DNA of 61,875 bases, the filler included, from Choristocarpus tenellus KU-1152 (Eukaryota > Protista > Phaeophyceae), in NCBI GenBank assembly GCA_964200185.2. It is 11 parts of 11 records of this genome, joined end to end, with 100 filler letters (N's around TTAATTAATTAA, not from the genome) between each part and the next. Parts side by side here need not be neighbours in the genome. Positions count along the whole stretch, not along the records: positions 57,320 to 61,875 come from CAXNAD020014015.1; 10 more parts are not named here. The stretch is one strand, 5' to 3'. A program made the translations under genes and the position numbers. Positions 61,837 through 61,875 of the stretch are shown in pieces; within the stretch, counting starts at the first letter, position 1; the number at the start of each line of letters is the position of its first letter. The notes below the pieces were generated by a model. That model searched no databases. It was not told the origin of the DNA and worked only from the letters and a program-made list of their open reading frames with translations.

Positions 61837-61875
61837 GTGTCAAAGTATCTGGGGGGGGTGGGTGGTTTGTGAGGG
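61837..61875. mobile_element. MITE terminus at window/contig end
   Basis: GTGTCAAAGTATCTGGGGGGG. Confidence 0.75.

Overview
This is not a contiguous locus. It is 11 unordered contigs joined by an artificial 100-bp linker (N44-TTAATTAATTAA-N44), so adjacency across linkers is meaningless. The DNA is intron-rich eukaryotic nuclear sequence; protein and transposon motifs suggest a stramenopile, probably a brown alga or close relative (inference). Spliced gene models built by hand from GT/GC-AG sites and reading-frame phase: NCBP1/CBP80, a BK/voltage-gated-type K+ channel, a bacterial-type class V PLP enzyme (EgtE-like), C9orf78/TLS1, a Myb/SANT-like protein, an HPt first exon, an SPX protein, aldose 1-epimerase and FAM133. 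Most are partial. The rest is decayed mobile DNA: a DIRS/Ngaro tyrosine-recombinase retroelement, RTE-type LINEs, CRE-like RLE LINE 3' ends, tRNA-derived SINEs, a pogo HTH remnant, and several MITE families with G-rich starts (GAG...CTC where complete) and 4-bp TSDs (Sola2-like). The most striking observation is a ~155-bp, stop-free, AT-rich fragment resembling bacterial IS21 transposase (IstA) inside one MITE copy; an empty sister copy in the window defines the insertion. No CRISPR array, rRNA or intact tRNA gene was found. All family assignments are by motif recognition; no database search was run.
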